A stretch of 64,000 bases of DNA from Botryllus schlosseri. Taxonomy: Eukaryota. Numbering within the stretch: the stretch's first letter is position 1; every line of letters starts with the position of its first letter. A program made the translations under genes and the position numbers. The notes beneath the pieces were generated by a model, which worked only from the letters and a program-made list of their open reading frames with translations, made no database searches and had not been told where the DNA came from. Positions 62,915 to 64,000 of the stretch are shown one piece after another. The DNA lies in the NCBI GenBank assembly GCA_051294905.1, contig CM119372.1:25422001-25486000 (forward strand), read 5' to 3'.

Positions 62915-63190
62915 ATGAGGAACCTAGAGAAACCTCCGACACGTAGAAGCTGGTCAGAACCGGAATTCGAACCCACGTGCATTGGTGTCGTGACTGCAAT
63001 GTTTTGATTTCGTTATGATTCCGTAGCACTGCCTACTTCTAGGCTTTTTAAGATACCGCTTACGCGGATCAGGTAGCGAGGAGAAGCCTAGATAAACCTG
63101 CAGCACTTGAGAAGAGATTCTGCAGTCGATCTCGGTCGCACTGGAATCGCACCTATCGGTGTTGCAGCTGGGGATCACACCACCACGCTA
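62915..63190 (-). mobile_element. tRNA-derived SINE fragments (two)
   Basis: Reverse B box (ggaattcgaacc at ~62962) and two reverse copies of the ggtttatctaggctcctc body motif (~62918 and ~63080). Confidence 0.55.
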
Positions 63191-64000
63191 CCAATCGCTA
63201 CAAAGGTATTATCTTGGCAATATTTGACTGGTCCGGTCCGCATGCGATTAAAAGGTTTGAATTCGGACTGTGACAGAAATTGAGTTTGATACCCCTACTA
63301 TAAAGAGAATGAACCCCGAACTCGGGGAAATTTCGCGGTCAGTCGGGTACCATTACCATATAGGAGTATTTCCAATCGGGTTCACTCATCCCAATAGAAT
63401 GCTTTGCATTTGAAAGACACGAAACTTATGCGAAGATTGTATTTCGACATCACTCTATAGGACTACGCTTTTCAACCATTGTGTTTTGGAAGAAGTTCGT
63501 TTGATATTCATTTTAAGGATCAAGATAACTACTATGTACCGCCAAGCTTGTGAAATACAGGTCATTTCGCTCCAAAGTAGCTCAGTTATTCAATTTTCAG
63601 TTTTAGAGCCGATGACGTTGTCCGTGACACGATGTCGCAAAAGTACATAAAATTTGTATAAATATATTGGTATAAATTTTCCAACAAAATGAATTTGACT
63701 TATATTGATGATCCATAATCAATTTATTTACATTAGACTTGTATATAACGTCAAATAAATTGCCAGATATTTAACGACGTGCTATATTTGTGACTATTTT
63801 GTGACTATTTGTCACTCCATTGCCTCTCTTGGCAGTGAGAATTAATTTAACTCGGGTAATCATCATTTTAGTTTCAGCGTGAATATTAAGGTATTAAGCA
63901 GCTTGTAATGACTCGAGTCGCAAGTTTTTGGTGACTTGACTTGACTCGAGTGATTTCCCGTGACTCGACCAAGTCATATGACTCGAGACTCGGGCGGCCA

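Overview
AT-rich eukaryotic genomic DNA with spliced genes. It is probably a marine invertebrate; the short 58-69 nt introns and the repeat content would fit a tunicate, but that is inference. Two multi-exon genes lie on the minus strand: a WSB-family WD40/SOCS-box gene (8 exons traced, 248-10303) and an SLC22 organic cation/carnitine-type transporter (10 exons traced, 35912-60096). Most of the rest is transposon-derived: nested hAT MITEs with 8-bp TSDs, P-like elements with TATAGA termini, CR1/L2-type LINE fragments, tRNA-derived SINEs, a CACTA-like element and stacked R4/Dong-type RLE LINE 3' ends. The standout is a 12.9-kb giant palindromic insertion (39959-52886) in an SLC22 intron. It has two ~5.4-kb, nearly identical inverted arms around a 2.1-kb spacer, with AGTAGT...ACTACT termini and a 6-bp GATGCT target-site duplication. 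These are Polinton/Maverick end signatures, yet it has no coding genes, so it looks like a non-autonomous, copy-back/defective-type Polinton derivative. Its arms carry two tRNA-Leu(TAA) pieces in 3'-before-5' order and a ~203-bp tandem array. A 36-bp perfect palindrome with a 7-bp TSD (31592-31627) resembles a P-element excision footprint.
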